64,000 nt of DNA, taken from Verrucomicrobiaceae bacterium. GTDB taxonomy: Bacteria; Verrucomicrobiota; Verrucomicrobiia; Verrucomicrobiales; Akkermansiaceae. Positions 16,101 to 24,731 of the stretch are shown here, one piece after another. The notes below the pieces were generated by a model, which saw nothing but the letters and a program-made list of their open reading frames with translations, ran no database searches and had not been told where the DNA came from. The DNA is taken from positions 64,001-128,000 of the forward strand of contig JBPOGH010000010.1 of the NCBI GenBank assembly GCA_051252135.1. The letters are read 5' to 3'. The position numbers were made by a program, and so were the translations under genes. The stretch's first letter is position 1, and each line of letters opens with the position of its first letter.

Positions 16101-16433
16101 GGTGTGGGCGGGGTAGCCCATGTTGCGCAGGGTGATGTGGGCGTCCGGGAAGTTGGCGTAGACGAGGCTTTCGAAGTGGCCGAAGTTGAGCATGCGCTCG
16201 GCGAGGACGTTGCCGATGAAGACGATGGACTCGCCTTGTTCCGGCGCGATGGGGAGGGAGGTTGAGGGTGCCTGGCCTTTGAACTCGGTGGGTTGGAGGT
16301 AGATTGGGCGCTTGCCGTCTTTCCGTTGCTGCTCGATTGAGGTGACGGTGGTGTTGACCTGAGGAGCTTCGTCGGCGGTGAGCGAGGCTGCTCCGAGGAG
16401 GAAGCATAGGAGAGAGTTGGAAAGGCGTTTCAT
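13125..16433 (-). CDS. PVC-type heme-binding CxxCH protein (SGNH-like domain + sugar-dehydrogenase-like beta-propeller + HEAT repeats + cytochrome c)
   Basis: Signal peptide; VFIGN..NG VHL SGNH-like motifs; DTDGDGRAD/DTNGDGRAD repeats; FRPADLELAPDGSLYFLDWHN; HEAT-like repeats; CETCH heme motif. An alternative start is at 16454. Confidence 0.88.
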   Translation of the reverse strand: MKRLSNSLLCFLLGAASLTADEAPQVNTTVTSIEQQRKDGKRPIYLQPTEFKGQAPSTSLPIAPEQGESIVFIGNVLAERMLNFGHFESLVYANFPDAHITLRNMGYPAHTPAFRPEAGQPNPWAFPGAKEFRPEIKKHHGKGHYPMPDEWLRALEADTIVAFFGFNESFDGPDGIENFRAELTAFVDHTLSRSYNTKTPPKLVLATPIATENLEQFSLPDSSERNRILALYANTVKEVAASKKVGFIDLFTPSSQWSGETINGVHLGDSGYAKLAPVIFESLFGKAPSTQPSPLLVKAVNDKNWFWRHDYRIPNGVHVYGQRWNPYGNFNYPEEIEKIRQMTVLRDQNIWAIARGESSTLEVDDSKTRPLTPVETNYKPSVKNGALDYLEEQEALKKFTLPEGYKVETFATEKMFPNLANPMQMRFDNEGRLWVATMPSYPHYRPGDPRPNDMLLIYEDTDGDGRADKETVWADGLSIPIGFELTPQGVYVTEAPHLTLLKDTNGDGRADSKEYLVDGFDPHDSHHSISAFDIDNGGGIFMCEGRFLHSQVETPYGPQRMADGGAWRWDPYSWKLERVFQSDVSNPWGVAHDPYGQNVLNDASGGAHWWMGGYGIKMPHAAEMPKVAQFNYEHKIRPTSGSEFLYSRHFPDDVQGDYLYANTIGFLGIKQFKTNDQITEINGTFRQNLIESTDGNFRPADLELAPDGSLYFLDWHNALIGHMQHSARDPNRSSKYGRIYRITYPSRPLVTPPVIAGASITQLFENLKLPEINARKRSQRELRGRDAQEVIAAAHTFAKENASDERLVLEALWTTWGHHQPSLDLIEACLTAKDRRVRAAAVRVVRHSLHLLESPQSYLLQAAADPDPRVRIEALNGASWLGGKDGANILLTVAAQGHDKWINNSLNSAMQLQKPEVEALLASGEFDKNSIAELDLLLKGKLKAADAETDYITRSQKKKWHNDRTFQASFELGRTIFHKEGSCETCHQKDGKGIKDIYPPIASSDWVTGSEDRLTKLVLHGLMGPIEVNGVKYAGQVPMTAVGAMYNDKQVAGVLTYVRNCWGNAADPVTPETVKRIRRETKGRTQFYAPAELLKEHPFPKK

Positions 16434-16577
16434 GGATGGAGAGATGTCAGACAAAAAGATGGAGGGAGATACGGGCGCGGGGAGGCGTTGTTTCGTAGTT
16501 TTTGAGAAAAATGGGGAAGTGAGGCGAGATTGCGCCGATGGCTTGTCATAGGGGGGGCGAAGGTTCAGGGTCAGGCC

Positions 16578-18095
16578 ATGTTGAGTCGGGTGATCTTGGT
16601 CTTTTGTGGCGGATTATTGTTTCCGCTGGGGGCTCAGGAGAAGCCGAATATTGTCGTTATTTACACCGATGATCAGGGATTTGGTGATGCGAGTTGTTTG
16701 AACGGGGAGGCGAAGTTTGCGACGCCGAACCTGGATCGGCTGGCGAAAGAGGGGATCTCGCTGACGAACGGGCACAGTGCGGACACGGTGTGCACGCCCT
16801 CGCGGTATGCCTTGCTGACGGGGCGATATTGTTGGCGGACCTCACTCAAGAAGAATGTCATGGGTGCGGAGGGAAAATGCCTGATCGAGGATGGGCGGAT
16901 GACTTTGGCATCGATGCTGCGGGATCAGGGGTATGCGACGGGGATGGTGGGGAAGTGGCATCTGGGGATGGATTTTCCGGGGAAGGGACCGGCGGATCGG
17001 GACTGGAGTCAACCGGTGAAGGATATGCCGCTGGACAAGGGGTTTGATTATTTTTTCGGGATTCCGGCGTCGTTGAACTTCGGGGTGTTGGCTTGGTTTG
17101 AGGGGCGTTATGCGAAGGTGCCTCCGGTGTTGTTTACCAATAAGAAGCCCAACAAGAGGCACATGGATTACCGGATCATGCCGCCGTATCAGGAGAGCGC
17201 GGCGGAGACGAAGGAGGTGGTGGGAACGAAGGGGTTTGAGGTGGCTCCGGACTTTATTGATAACCAGTGTCTGACGCGCTTTACGGATCGCGCGATGGGC
17301 TGGATGAAGGAGCAGGAGAAGCCGTTCTTTCTCTATCTGCCGCTGACCTCACCGCATTATCCGGTGGCTCCGCTTCCGGAATTTCATGGGAAAGGCGAGG
17401 CCGGAGGGTATGGGGAATTCATGATCGAGACGGATCATCATGTGGGGCGGATTTTGGATTTTTTGGCAAAGGAGAAGCTCGATGAGAATACCTTGATTGT
17501 GTTTACGAGTGACAACGGGCCGGAGAAATCCTGGAAGGAGCGGATTGGAAAATTCGGGCACGACAGTCGAGGCGGGCTGCGTGGGGGGAAGCGCGATATT
17601 TATGAAGGGGGGCACCGGGTGCCGTTCTTTGTCCGTTGGCCGGCGGGGATCAAAAATCCGGGAAGGAGTTCCGATGCTTTGGTGGGGCAGGTGGATTTGC
17701 TGGCGACGATTGCGGAGATTGTGGGGGTGAAGATTCCGGATGTCGCGGGCGAGGATAGTGAGAGTTTTGCGTCGCTGCTGAAGGGGGAGGAGCACGAGCG
17801 GCTTCCGCTGATCAATCACGGATTCTCGGGGCGATTTGCGATTACCGAGGGGAGCTGGAAGCTGGTGATGCCGCACAAGGGGGCGAAGCGGGAGCTTTAC
17901 GATCTGGCAGGGGATCGGGAGGAGAAGGTGAACGTGATCGCGAAGAATGCGGAACGGGCAAAGGCCTTGGAAGAGAAGCTTACCGGGATTGTCTTGAAGG
18001 GTCGGACGACTGAGGGGAAGGCGCAGGCGAATGACACGGGGTGGTGGAAAGATTTGACCTGGATTCCGGAGGAGGAGTATGGGGCCGCGAAGTGA
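16578..18095 (+). CDS. Arylsulfatase (formylglycine-dependent sulfatase family)
   Basis: KPNIVVIYTDDQG, CTPSR (CxPxR), GKWHLG, signal peptide. ATG 16578 is preferred because of promoter spacing. Confidence 0.95.
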   Translation: MLSRVILVFCGGLLFPLGAQEKPNIVVIYTDDQGFGDASCLNGEAKFATPNLDRLAKEGISLTNGHSADTVCTPSRYALLTGRYCWRTSLKKNVMGAEGKCLIEDGRMTLASMLRDQGYATGMVGKWHLGMDFPGKGPADRDWSQPVKDMPLDKGFDYFFGIPASLNFGVLAWFEGRYAKVPPVLFTNKKPNKRHMDYRIMPPYQESAAETKEVVGTKGFEVAPDFIDNQCLTRFTDRAMGWMKEQEKPFFLYLPLTSPHYPVAPLPEFHGKGEAGGYGEFMIETDHHVGRILDFLAKEKLDENTLIVFTSDNGPEKSWKERIGKFGHDSRGGLRGGKRDIYEGGHRVPFFVRWPAGIKNPGRSSDALVGQVDLLATIAEIVGVKIPDVAGEDSESFASLLKGEEHERLPLINHGFSGRFAITEGSWKLVMPHKGAKRELYDLAGDREEKVNVIAKNAERAKALEEKLTGIVLKGRTTEGKAQANDTGWWKDLTWIPEEEYGAAK

Positions 18096-18101
18096 TTTGC
18101 G

Positions 18102-18518
18102 TTATTGGAGGCCGAGGGCTTGTTGGGCGGCGGCGATGATGGCGTCTGATTCTTCGGGGGCGTAGTCGGCTTTGGCATCGGAGGCCCAGACGGTGCCGGG
18201 CCAGGCGGGGTCGGTGGTGGAGCGGGCGACGATGTGGATGTGCATTTGGCGGACGATGTTTCCGATGCAGGCGACGTTTAATTTGTCGGGCTGGAAGTGG
18301 TCGGAGACGAATTGGGAAAGAGCGCGGATGAGGAAGGCGACGGAGGCGTAGTCCTCGGGTGGGAGTTGGTGGAGGTCTTCGAGGTCGGCGGCGACCTCGG
18401 GGACGATGAGGAACCAGGGGAAGGCGGCGTTTTTTTTGAGGAGAATGCGGCAGCCGTTGGCGCGGCCGATCTCGTGGGTGCCGGCGGCGAGCCGGGGATG
18501 AAGTTCAAAGGACGACAT
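18102..18518 (-). CDS. HIT domain protein
   Basis: KLNVACIGNIVRQMHIHIVAR...DPAWPGTVW pattern of HIT/Ap4A hydrolase-like proteins. Confidence 0.88.
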   Translation of the reverse strand: MSSFELHPRLAAGTHEIGRANGCRILLKKNAAFPWFLIVPEVAADLEDLHQLPPEDYASVAFLIRALSQFVSDHFQPDKLNVACIGNIVRQMHIHIVARSTTDPAWPGTVWASDAKADYAPEESDAIIAAAQQALGLQ

Positions 18519-18560
18519 TCCGGAGGGTGGCCTCGCGGGGGGCGGTTTGGAAGGGCGGAA

Positions 18561-19619
18561 TTAGTTCGCGATCTCGCGGGTGCCGTCTTCGTGAACGATA
18601 GTGAGCTTGCCGCCGGTTTTGCGGGAGAGGTCATCGAGGTCGTCGATGGCCTTGGGGACCATCATGGCGACGCAGTTGATGGTGACGCCCATCTTGCGGG
18701 CGCGGGCGGCAATTTCCTTGGCCCATTTGTCGGAGCCGTTGGCGGCGCCATCGGTCATGAAGTAGACCATCTGGGGAGCGGGGTCCATATCGAGGACCAT
18801 GTTGAGGGGGTGGTTCCAGACGGTGCCGCCGGAGAGGGGGGTGGTTTTGACGATCTTCTGGAGTCGGAGGACTTCGGCATCGGTGATCTCGAACCAGGGG
18901 ACGGGTTCTTTTTTACCTTCGTGTTCCCAGGCGTTGTGGCTGCCGGTGTTCTTCCACTTGTAGGTGTTCCCGTCCTGGGATTTGACGGTGGCGATGTTGT
19001 CTTTTTTCGAGACTTTGCCGCCGGCAACCCAAGCGGGTCCGGAGAAGAAGACCATGCCGAGCTTGGTGCCGGGGTACATTTTTTCGAGTGATTCGTGGAG
19101 CTCGGCGCGCATGAGTTTTTCGCGGCTTCCAGCTCTCATGGAGCCGGAGAAATCGATGACGTAGGCGATGCGCTCGGCGGTGACTGTTTGGCCGAAGAAG
19201 GTGGTGGAGCCTCCGCCAGCGCCAAAATCGCCATCAGCGAAGCCGTCACCAAAGCCATCGGCGTCACCGAAGTCGGCAGGGGCGGTGGTTTCGAAAATGG
19301 GAACGGGGACGGCGGTGGGAGATGCGGTGGTTGACGCGATGACCCGGGACATCGAAGAGCTGGGTGAGGCCGGTTTTTTGGCAACCTGGTTTCTGACTAC
19401 GGGGCGGTCGACGTCGGTTTGTTCTTCGGACGCAGCGGAGTAGGTGACGATGGTGGGAATGTCCTTGGGCTCGGTAACCATCATGATGATGGCAAGGATG
19501 AGGGCGATGAGGCCCATGACGAGCAGGGCGATGATGAAGCTGCTGATGGTGGCCACGCGCTGCTGCTGCGCGAGGATTCGGCGGGCCTCGGGGGTGGAAG
19601 GAATGCTCAGGTTGCTCAT
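18561..19619 (-). CDS. Membrane-anchored vWA-domain protein (paralogue A)
   Basis: N-terminal TM, low-complexity/GDG linker, MIDAS-like YVIDFSGSM...GGT...FMTDG. Confidence 0.82.
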   Translation of the reverse strand: MSNLSIPSTPEARRILAQQQRVATISSFIIALLVMGLIALILAIIMMVTEPKDIPTIVTYSAASEEQTDVDRPVVRNQVAKKPASPSSSMSRVIASTTASPTAVPVPIFETTAPADFGDADGFGDGFADGDFGAGGGSTTFFGQTVTAERIAYVIDFSGSMRAGSREKLMRAELHESLEKMYPGTKLGMVFFSGPAWVAGGKVSKKDNIATVKSQDGNTYKWKNTGSHNAWEHEGKKEPVPWFEITDAEVLRLQKIVKTTPLSGGTVWNHPLNMVLDMDPAPQMVYFMTDGAANGSDKWAKEIAARARKMGVTINCVAMMVPKAIDDLDDLSRKTGGKLTIVHEDGTREIAN

Positions 19620-19663
19620 GTCCGGTTGAACGAGCGGGGAGGGTGGATCCTTAGAGTGATTTT

Positions 19664-20419
19664 TCAAGAGGTTCTTCTGCGGCGGAGGCCGAGGAGGCTG
19701 CCGGCAATAAGGGCGAGGAGGCTGGTGGAGGGCTCGGGGACATTGCGATGACCGACGATCTGGAAGCCGTTGACTGGGGCCTTGGTTCCGTTGGCGGTGG
19801 CGGAAATATCGACGATGAAGGAGGGATCGGTGAGGCCGGGGAAGAGGACGTAGTTTCCTTCCATGGAGCCGACCTGGCTGTCCTGATATGTGGTGGTGCC
19901 GGCGCCGTAGCCGACGCCCAGCTCCTGGTGGAGGTAGGAAGTGACGCCACCGCCGGAGGGGATCATGTTCATTGCGGAAGTGGGGGTGGTGGCGGAGATG
20001 CCTTGGTCACCGTAGACGTAGACGTCGTAGTAATCCCATCCGAGGGAGACGAGGTTGATGCTGGTGACGATGATGGCGGCGACATCGACCACTCCACCGG
20101 GTCCGGTCTCGGCGGCGAGGTAACCTTCCATCATGTCTTCATCGCCGATGGTGGAGGTGCTGCCGGCGATGGTGCCTGAGGTGGGTGCGTTCCAATCGGT
20201 GGTGATGGGAGTGCCAATTCCGGTGTTGGTGAGGCCGCTAAGGGTGCCTACGAGGCCGGGAGCGGGGTGCCAGGTGTCGGCAGGGACGATGCCGGCGACG
20301 TGCGTGGGCGCGAGGGTGTCGGGCTGGGAGTCGCCGAGGAGGTCGACCGAGTAGACGGAGACGAGCGCGGCGTGGGAGGTGGCGAGGAGAGCGACGGAGA
20401 GAAGAGTGATTGATTTCAT
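19664..20419 (-). CDS. PEP-CTERM sorting domain-containing exported protein
   Basis: Signal peptide; C-terminal VPEPSTSLLALIAGSLLGLRRRR. Confidence 0.93.
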   Translation of the reverse strand: MKSITLLSVALLATSHAALVSVYSVDLLGDSQPDTLAPTHVAGIVPADTWHPAPGLVGTLSGLTNTGIGTPITTDWNAPTSGTIAGSTSTIGDEDMMEGYLAAETGPGGVVDVAAIIVTSINLVSLGWDYYDVYVYGDQGISATTPTSAMNMIPSGGGVTSYLHQELGVGYGAGTTTYQDSQVGSMEGNYVLFPGLTDPSFIVDISATANGTKAPVNGFQIVGHRNVPEPSTSLLALIAGSLLGLRRRRTS

Positions 20420-20493
20420 GAGATCGGAGTCTGAATTGAGCGAGGGCTTGGAGGTCCCTTCAGTTGCTCAATCGCAGTCCGATGTTTTCGATG

Positions 20494-21600
20494 TCACTTT
20501 TTCGCCGGTTTTTTCCCGGGCTTCTTTTTCTTGGGCGCGGGTTTGAGTTTGTCGACGATTTCGCGGTCGCCGTTTTCCTTCACGATGGTGAGCTGGCCGC
20601 CGGTGCGATCGGAGAGGTCTTTGAGATCGCGAATGGCTTGTGGAACCATCATGGCGACGCAGTTGATGGTGACGCCCATTTCGGCGGCGCGGTCTCCGAC
20701 TTCCTTGGCCCAGACGTCGGCACCCTGAGCGGCGCCGTCGGTCATGAAGTAGATCATTTGGGGAGGAGGCTCCATATTGAGGGCCATGTTGAGGGGGTGA
20801 TTCCAGACGGTGCCTCCGACGAGGGGAGTTTCCTGGACGATCTTTTTGAGCTTCTTGCGTTGGGGTGGTGAGACGGTGATCCAGGAGATTTTTTCGATGC
20901 GTCCGTCGGGTTCCCAACCGAAGGGGCCTCCGCCGGTGTTTTTCCAGAGGTATTCCTTTCCGTTGTGGGCAGTGACTTTTTTGCCTTTTGCCTCACCTCC
21001 GGCGCCCCAAGCGGGCCCGGCGAAGAAGATCATGCCGAGCTGGATGCCGGGTTGGATTTTTTCGAGGGATTCGGTGAGCTCGTCGCGCATGAGTTTTTCG
21101 CGGCCCTTGCTCTTCATTGATTGGGAGTAGTCGATGACGTAGGCGATGCGCTCGGCGCGAACAGTTTGTCCGAAGAAGGTGGTGATGCCTGCGCCGTCGC
21201 CGAAGTCGCCATCGCCCCATCCTTGTCCGAAGTCATCGCCATCGCCGAAATCGAGGGAGGGTTCGGGGACGTCGAACTCGGGGACCGGGACGGCGGTGGT
21301 GGATGCGGTGGTGGAAGCGATGACCCGCGCCATGGAGGAGCTGGGTGCGGAGGGCTTGCGGGAAATTTTTGTTTGTTGCTTGGGTCGGTCGACGACTTGC
21401 TCGTCCTGTGACTCGGCGCTGTAAGTGACGATGGTGGGGATTTCCTTCACCTCGGTGACCATCATGATGATTCCGAGGAGAACGGCGAGGAGGGCCATGA
21501 CGAGCAGGGCGATGATGAAGCTGCTGATGGTGGAGAGGCGTCGCTGACGCATCAACTCCTGTTGTGCGATTGCCGAGGGGATGTTGCTGACCTTACTCAC
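20494..21600 (-). CDS. Membrane-anchored vWA-domain protein (paralogue B)
   Basis: Same architecture as 18561..19619; YVIDYSQSM, FMTDG; Lys-rich tail. Confidence 0.82.
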   Translation of the reverse strand: MSKVSNIPSAIAQQELMRQRRLSTISSFIIALLVMALLAVLLGIIMMVTEVKEIPTIVTYSAESQDEQVVDRPKQQTKISRKPSAPSSSMARVIASTTASTTAVPVPEFDVPEPSLDFGDGDDFGQGWGDGDFGDGAGITTFFGQTVRAERIAYVIDYSQSMKSKGREKLMRDELTESLEKIQPGIQLGMIFFAGPAWGAGGEAKGKKVTAHNGKEYLWKNTGGGPFGWEPDGRIEKISWITVSPPQRKKLKKIVQETPLVGGTVWNHPLNMALNMEPPPQMIYFMTDGAAQGADVWAKEVGDRAAEMGVTINCVAMMVPQAIRDLKDLSDRTGGQLTIVKENGDREIVDKLKPAPKKKKPGKKPAKK

Positions 21601-21641
21601 GGGAGATGGATGCTAGGGCTTTTGGCCCGGAGTGGGGAGAA

Positions 21642-22268
21642 TTAAAATGGAACGGTGGAGGTGAAGGAGAGGCGCTCGCCGGTGGTGGGGTGGGTGAAGG
21701 TGAGCTCGCAGGCGTGGAGTTTGAGCTGGCCGTTTTCGGTGGCGGTTCCGTAGAAGGGGTCTCCGACGATGGGGGTGCCGAGGCCTTTTGGGTGGGCGGA
21801 GTGGAGACGGAGTTGGTGGGTGCGTCCGGTGAGGGGTTTGAAGGAGATGCGGGTGAATTCTCCTTCGATGGCGACTTTTTCCCAAACGGTGGTGCCGATT
21901 TTTCCGTGGACGGGGTCGTAGATTTGGATGGGGCGGTTTTCGACATCGAGCCGGAAGGGGAGGGTGATGACGCCGCCTGCTTCGGTGATGATGCCTTCGA
22001 GGAGGGCTTCGTAACGTTTTTCGACCTGGCGTTCCTGGAACTGGATGGAGAGGTGGCGGTGGGCTTCGGTAGTGAAGGCGAGGACGAGGAGTCCGGAGGT
22101 GTCCATGTCGAGCCGGTGGACGGCGGGCTGGACGATGCAGTCCGGGAATTGGGTGCGGATGCGGTGGGAGACGGAGTCGATTTTTTCGGGACCGCGACCG
22201 GGGACGGAGAGGAAGCCGCTGGGTTTTTCGACGACGACGAGGTCGTCATCCTGATAGATGATGGTCAT
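21642..22268 (-). CDS. RluA family pseudouridine synthase
   Basis: KPSG, HRLDMDTSGL, TGRTHQLR, PIVGDPFYG. Confidence 0.95.
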   Translation of the reverse strand: MTIIYQDDDLVVVEKPSGFLSVPGRGPEKIDSVSHRIRTQFPDCIVQPAVHRLDMDTSGLLVLAFTTEAHRHLSIQFQERQVEKRYEALLEGIITEAGGVITLPFRLDVENRPIQIYDPVHGKIGTTVWEKVAIEGEFTRISFKPLTGRTHQLRLHSAHPKGLGTPIVGDPFYGTATENGQLKLHACELTFTHPTTGERLSFTSTVPF

Positions 22269-23476
22269 GCCTGGCGGGGAAGGCGGGCGGTGAGGAGGGT
22301 GGCGATGGCGAGCATGGCGGCGCTGGTCCAGAGGCAGGCGGTGAGGCCGCCGTAGTAGTAGGAGAGACCGGAGGCGAGGGTGCCGAGGAGGCGTCCGGCG
22401 GCGTTGGCCATGTAGTAGAATCCGACATTGGCGGCTACGTCATCGTCTGTGGTGAAGGCGAGGATGAGGTAGGAGTGGAGAGCGGAATTTATGGCGAAGA
22501 CCACGCCGTAGATGAGGAGGCCGACGATGATGGTGGTGACGATGGCGATCTCCAGTTGGATGAGGGTGGCGATGGCGGCGGCGAGGAGGGTGAGGACGAA
22601 GACCCAGAGGAGGGCGGCGCGGGAGGCGTGGGTGGTGCCGGCTTTTCGGATGAGGGCGGGAGCGGAGGCCTGGATGATGCCGTAGCCGATGACCCAGAGA
22701 GCCATGAAGCCGCCGACTTGATCGAAGGACCAGCCGAGTTGCGCTTTTAAGAAGACGGGGAGGCCGACGACGAACCAGACATCACGCGCGGCGAAGAGGG
22801 AGAGTCGGGCGGCGGAGAGGCGGTTGATGGCGGGGGACTTGGCGAAGAGCTGGGTGAACTTGAGTTTGTTTTTTGCGGTGCCGAGATCGGAGGGGACGCC
22901 GAAGGTGGCGAGGAGGAAGATCACGAAGAGGGCACCCGCCATGATATAAAGTGCGCCCTGGAAGCCGGCGAGGGTGAGGAGGAGTCCGCCGAGGAAGAAG
23001 CCGACGCCTTTGAGGGCATTTTTTGAGCCGGTGAGGAGGGCGACCCAGCGGAGGAGTCCGCGCTCTTGTTTCTCGGCGGATTGGTCTTTGGGGACGAGGA
23101 CTTTGACGGCGGACTTGGCCGACATTTTGGTGAGATCCTTGGCGATGCCGGAGAGGGCTTGGGTTCCCATGATGGCGGCGATGACGACCCAGGGGAGCCA
23201 GGAGAGATTAACGAGGGCGAGGAGGACGAGCGCGATGACCTGGAGGAGGAGGCCGGTGGTGAGGGTGCGCTTGAGGCCGCTGCGGGAGGCCCACCAGCCG
23301 CCGAGGAGGTTGGTGAGGATGCCGCAGAATTCGTAGAGGAGAAAAAGGGCGGCGAGGGTGATGGCGTCCATGCCCTGCGCGTGGAAGTGCAGCAGGACGA
23401 GCATGCGGAGGGCGCCATCGGTGAGGGTGAAGCCCCAGTAGGATGCGGTGACGATGGCGTAGGCGCGTTTGTTCAT
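22265..23476 (-). CDS. arsJ: Organoarsenical efflux MFS transporter ArsJ
   Basis: YWGFTLTDGALRMLVLLHFH, AKDLTKMSAKSA, LTGSKNALKGVGFF, VGFYYMANAAGRL; clustered with a GAPDH and ArsR. Confidence 0.92.
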   Translation of the reverse strand: MNKRAYAIVTASYWGFTLTDGALRMLVLLHFHAQGMDAITLAALFLLYEFCGILTNLLGGWWASRSGLKRTLTTGLLLQVIALVLLALVNLSWLPWVVIAAIMGTQALSGIAKDLTKMSAKSAVKVLVPKDQSAEKQERGLLRWVALLTGSKNALKGVGFFLGGLLLTLAGFQGALYIMAGALFVIFLLATFGVPSDLGTAKNKLKFTQLFAKSPAINRLSAARLSLFAARDVWFVVGLPVFLKAQLGWSFDQVGGFMALWVIGYGIIQASAPALIRKAGTTHASRAALLWVFVLTLLAAAIATLIQLEIAIVTTIIVGLLIYGVVFAINSALHSYLILAFTTDDDVAANVGFYYMANAAGRLLGTLASGLSYYYGGLTACLWTSAAMLAIATLLTARLPRQA

Positions 23477-23543
23477 GAGAGCGAAAAGGTGTGCGGGGCG
23501 GCTTTTAGCGATTGGCGGTTAGCTTTTAGCTCACGCTGGCGCG
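23452..23543. repeat. Direct repeat copy 1: arsJ first codons plus upstream region
   Basis: 23452-23476 matches 24028-24052 (22/25 nt); 23486-23543 matches 24066-24123 (53/58 nt). Confidence 0.9.
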
Positions 23544-23566
23544 AGGGTTTGGGCTTTGGGTGAAAT

Positions 23567-24052
23567 CTAATTTTTGGAGATGTCCGTTTTCGAGTAGTAG
23601 TCGAAAGCTTTTCTGTAGACAGAGCTGAAGGGATCAGAACTCAGGCGGTCGATAGAGCCCCATTTTACGTGATCAAGAATACGGGTGTCCTCGATTACTT
23701 GGGTGGAGGCATTATCAAAAAACAGAACAGTGATACGGACTGCTTCTCCGTTTGTGGGGTCTTTTGGAGGAGATGAGCGGACCTCTACCCTTTCCCCCAC
23801 TTTAATTTTTCCTTTGTGAACCCTGCTCACAATGCCTCGACTGATGTAGAGGTTTTTCTCGTCGTTCTTGGCAGGAGTAAATTCTCCCTCAAGATGAACG
23901 ATATCAACGATGGTATCGTGTTTTTCGATCAAGCGCTTGATGTGGGTGTATAGGCCAACATTGTTCTCGCTAAGATCGGGAGGAAAAGCGGAAACGGGAG
24001 CGAAGAGTCCAAGAACTAAGATGTGTGCGATGGCGTAGGCGCGGGAGTTCAT
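23567..24052 (-). CDS. Hypothetical exported protein, lower GC, beginning with an arsJ-like N-terminus
   Basis: 161-aa ORF, signal-peptide-like start MNSRAYAIAHILVLGLFAPVSA; visibly more AT-rich than its neighbours. Confidence 0.65.
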   Translation of the reverse strand: MNSRAYAIAHILVLGLFAPVSAFPPDLSENNVGLYTHIKRLIEKHDTIVDIVHLEGEFTPAKNDEKNLYISRGIVSRVHKGKIKVGERVEVRSSPPKDPTNGEAVRITVLFFDNASTQVIEDTRILDHVKWGSIDRLSSDPFSSVYRKAFDYYSKTDISKN

Positions 24053-24123
24053 TTTCGGGAGTTGGAAGGTTTGCGGGGCGGCTTTTAGCGGTTGGTGATT
24101 GGCTTTTAGCTCACGCTGGCGCG
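24028..24123. repeat. Direct repeat copy 2 (paired with 23452-23543)
   Basis: Contains GCGGGGCGGCTTTTAGCG..GCTTTTAGCTCACGCTGGCGCG and the MNxRAYAI codons. Confidence 0.9.
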
Positions 24124-24145
24124 CGGGGTGGAAAGAATTGGGGTC

Positions 24146-24628
24146 TTAGAGGGGCTTGGTTTGCATGGAGACAGTTTTGCCGTTCTCGAGAGTGCGTTGG
24201 CCGATGGGGGTGAAGCCGTTTTTTTGGTGGAAGTTGAGGGAGCCGGTGTTGGGGGGATGGAGGTCCATTTCGGCGGCGAGTTGGATGAGCTGATTTTTTA
24301 GGGCCCACTCTTGAATGTGGGAGTAGAATTTTTGGCCCAGGCCTTTTCCTTGGGCTTGCGGGGAGATGACGACGCGGTCGATGTAGAAGAAGTTTTTGAG
24401 TCGCCCGGAGAACCATTGGTAGTTTCCGTTTTGGTAGGGGGCGTGATCGGTGATGCCGATGAGGAAGCCGAGGATTTGGTCGTGTTCTTTAGCGACGAGT
24501 GAGAGGGCGCTGAGATCGAAAAGGTGTTGGATTTTCTCCGCATCCATGGGGCTGGTGACGGCGACCGCTTCATCGTTCAGTGCAAGGATGGCGCTGGCGT
24601 CGGAAGGGGTTGCGGGGCGGAGAATCAT
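24146..24628 (-). CDS. GNAT family N-acetyltransferase
   Basis: YIDRVVISPQAQGKGLG acetyl-CoA motif A; NTGSLNFHQKNGF. Confidence 0.9.
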   Translation of the reverse strand: MILRPATPSDASAILALNDEAVAVTSPMDAEKIQHLFDLSALSLVAKEHDQILGFLIGITDHAPYQNGNYQWFSGRLKNFFYIDRVVISPQAQGKGLGQKFYSHIQEWALKNQLIQLAAEMDLHPPNTGSLNFHQKNGFTPIGQRTLENGKTVSMQTKPL

Positions 24629-24667
24629 GTTTTCTAACTAAAAAATAGATGAAGCTTGGTTGCGGGT

Positions 24668-24729
24668 AAGCGGACGGGACGTCCACTCTCCATACCTTGG
24701 TTGACAAGCGGCGGGGGCGCCGCGACTCC
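24668..24729 (-). repeat. Pair of GGAG-type REP-like palindromes
   Basis: Minus strand: GGAG-TCGCGGCGCCCCCGCCGCTT and GGAG-AGTGGACGTCCCGTCCGCTT, each a tetranucleotide followed by a short hairpin. Confidence 0.55.
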
Positions 24730-24731
24730 TT

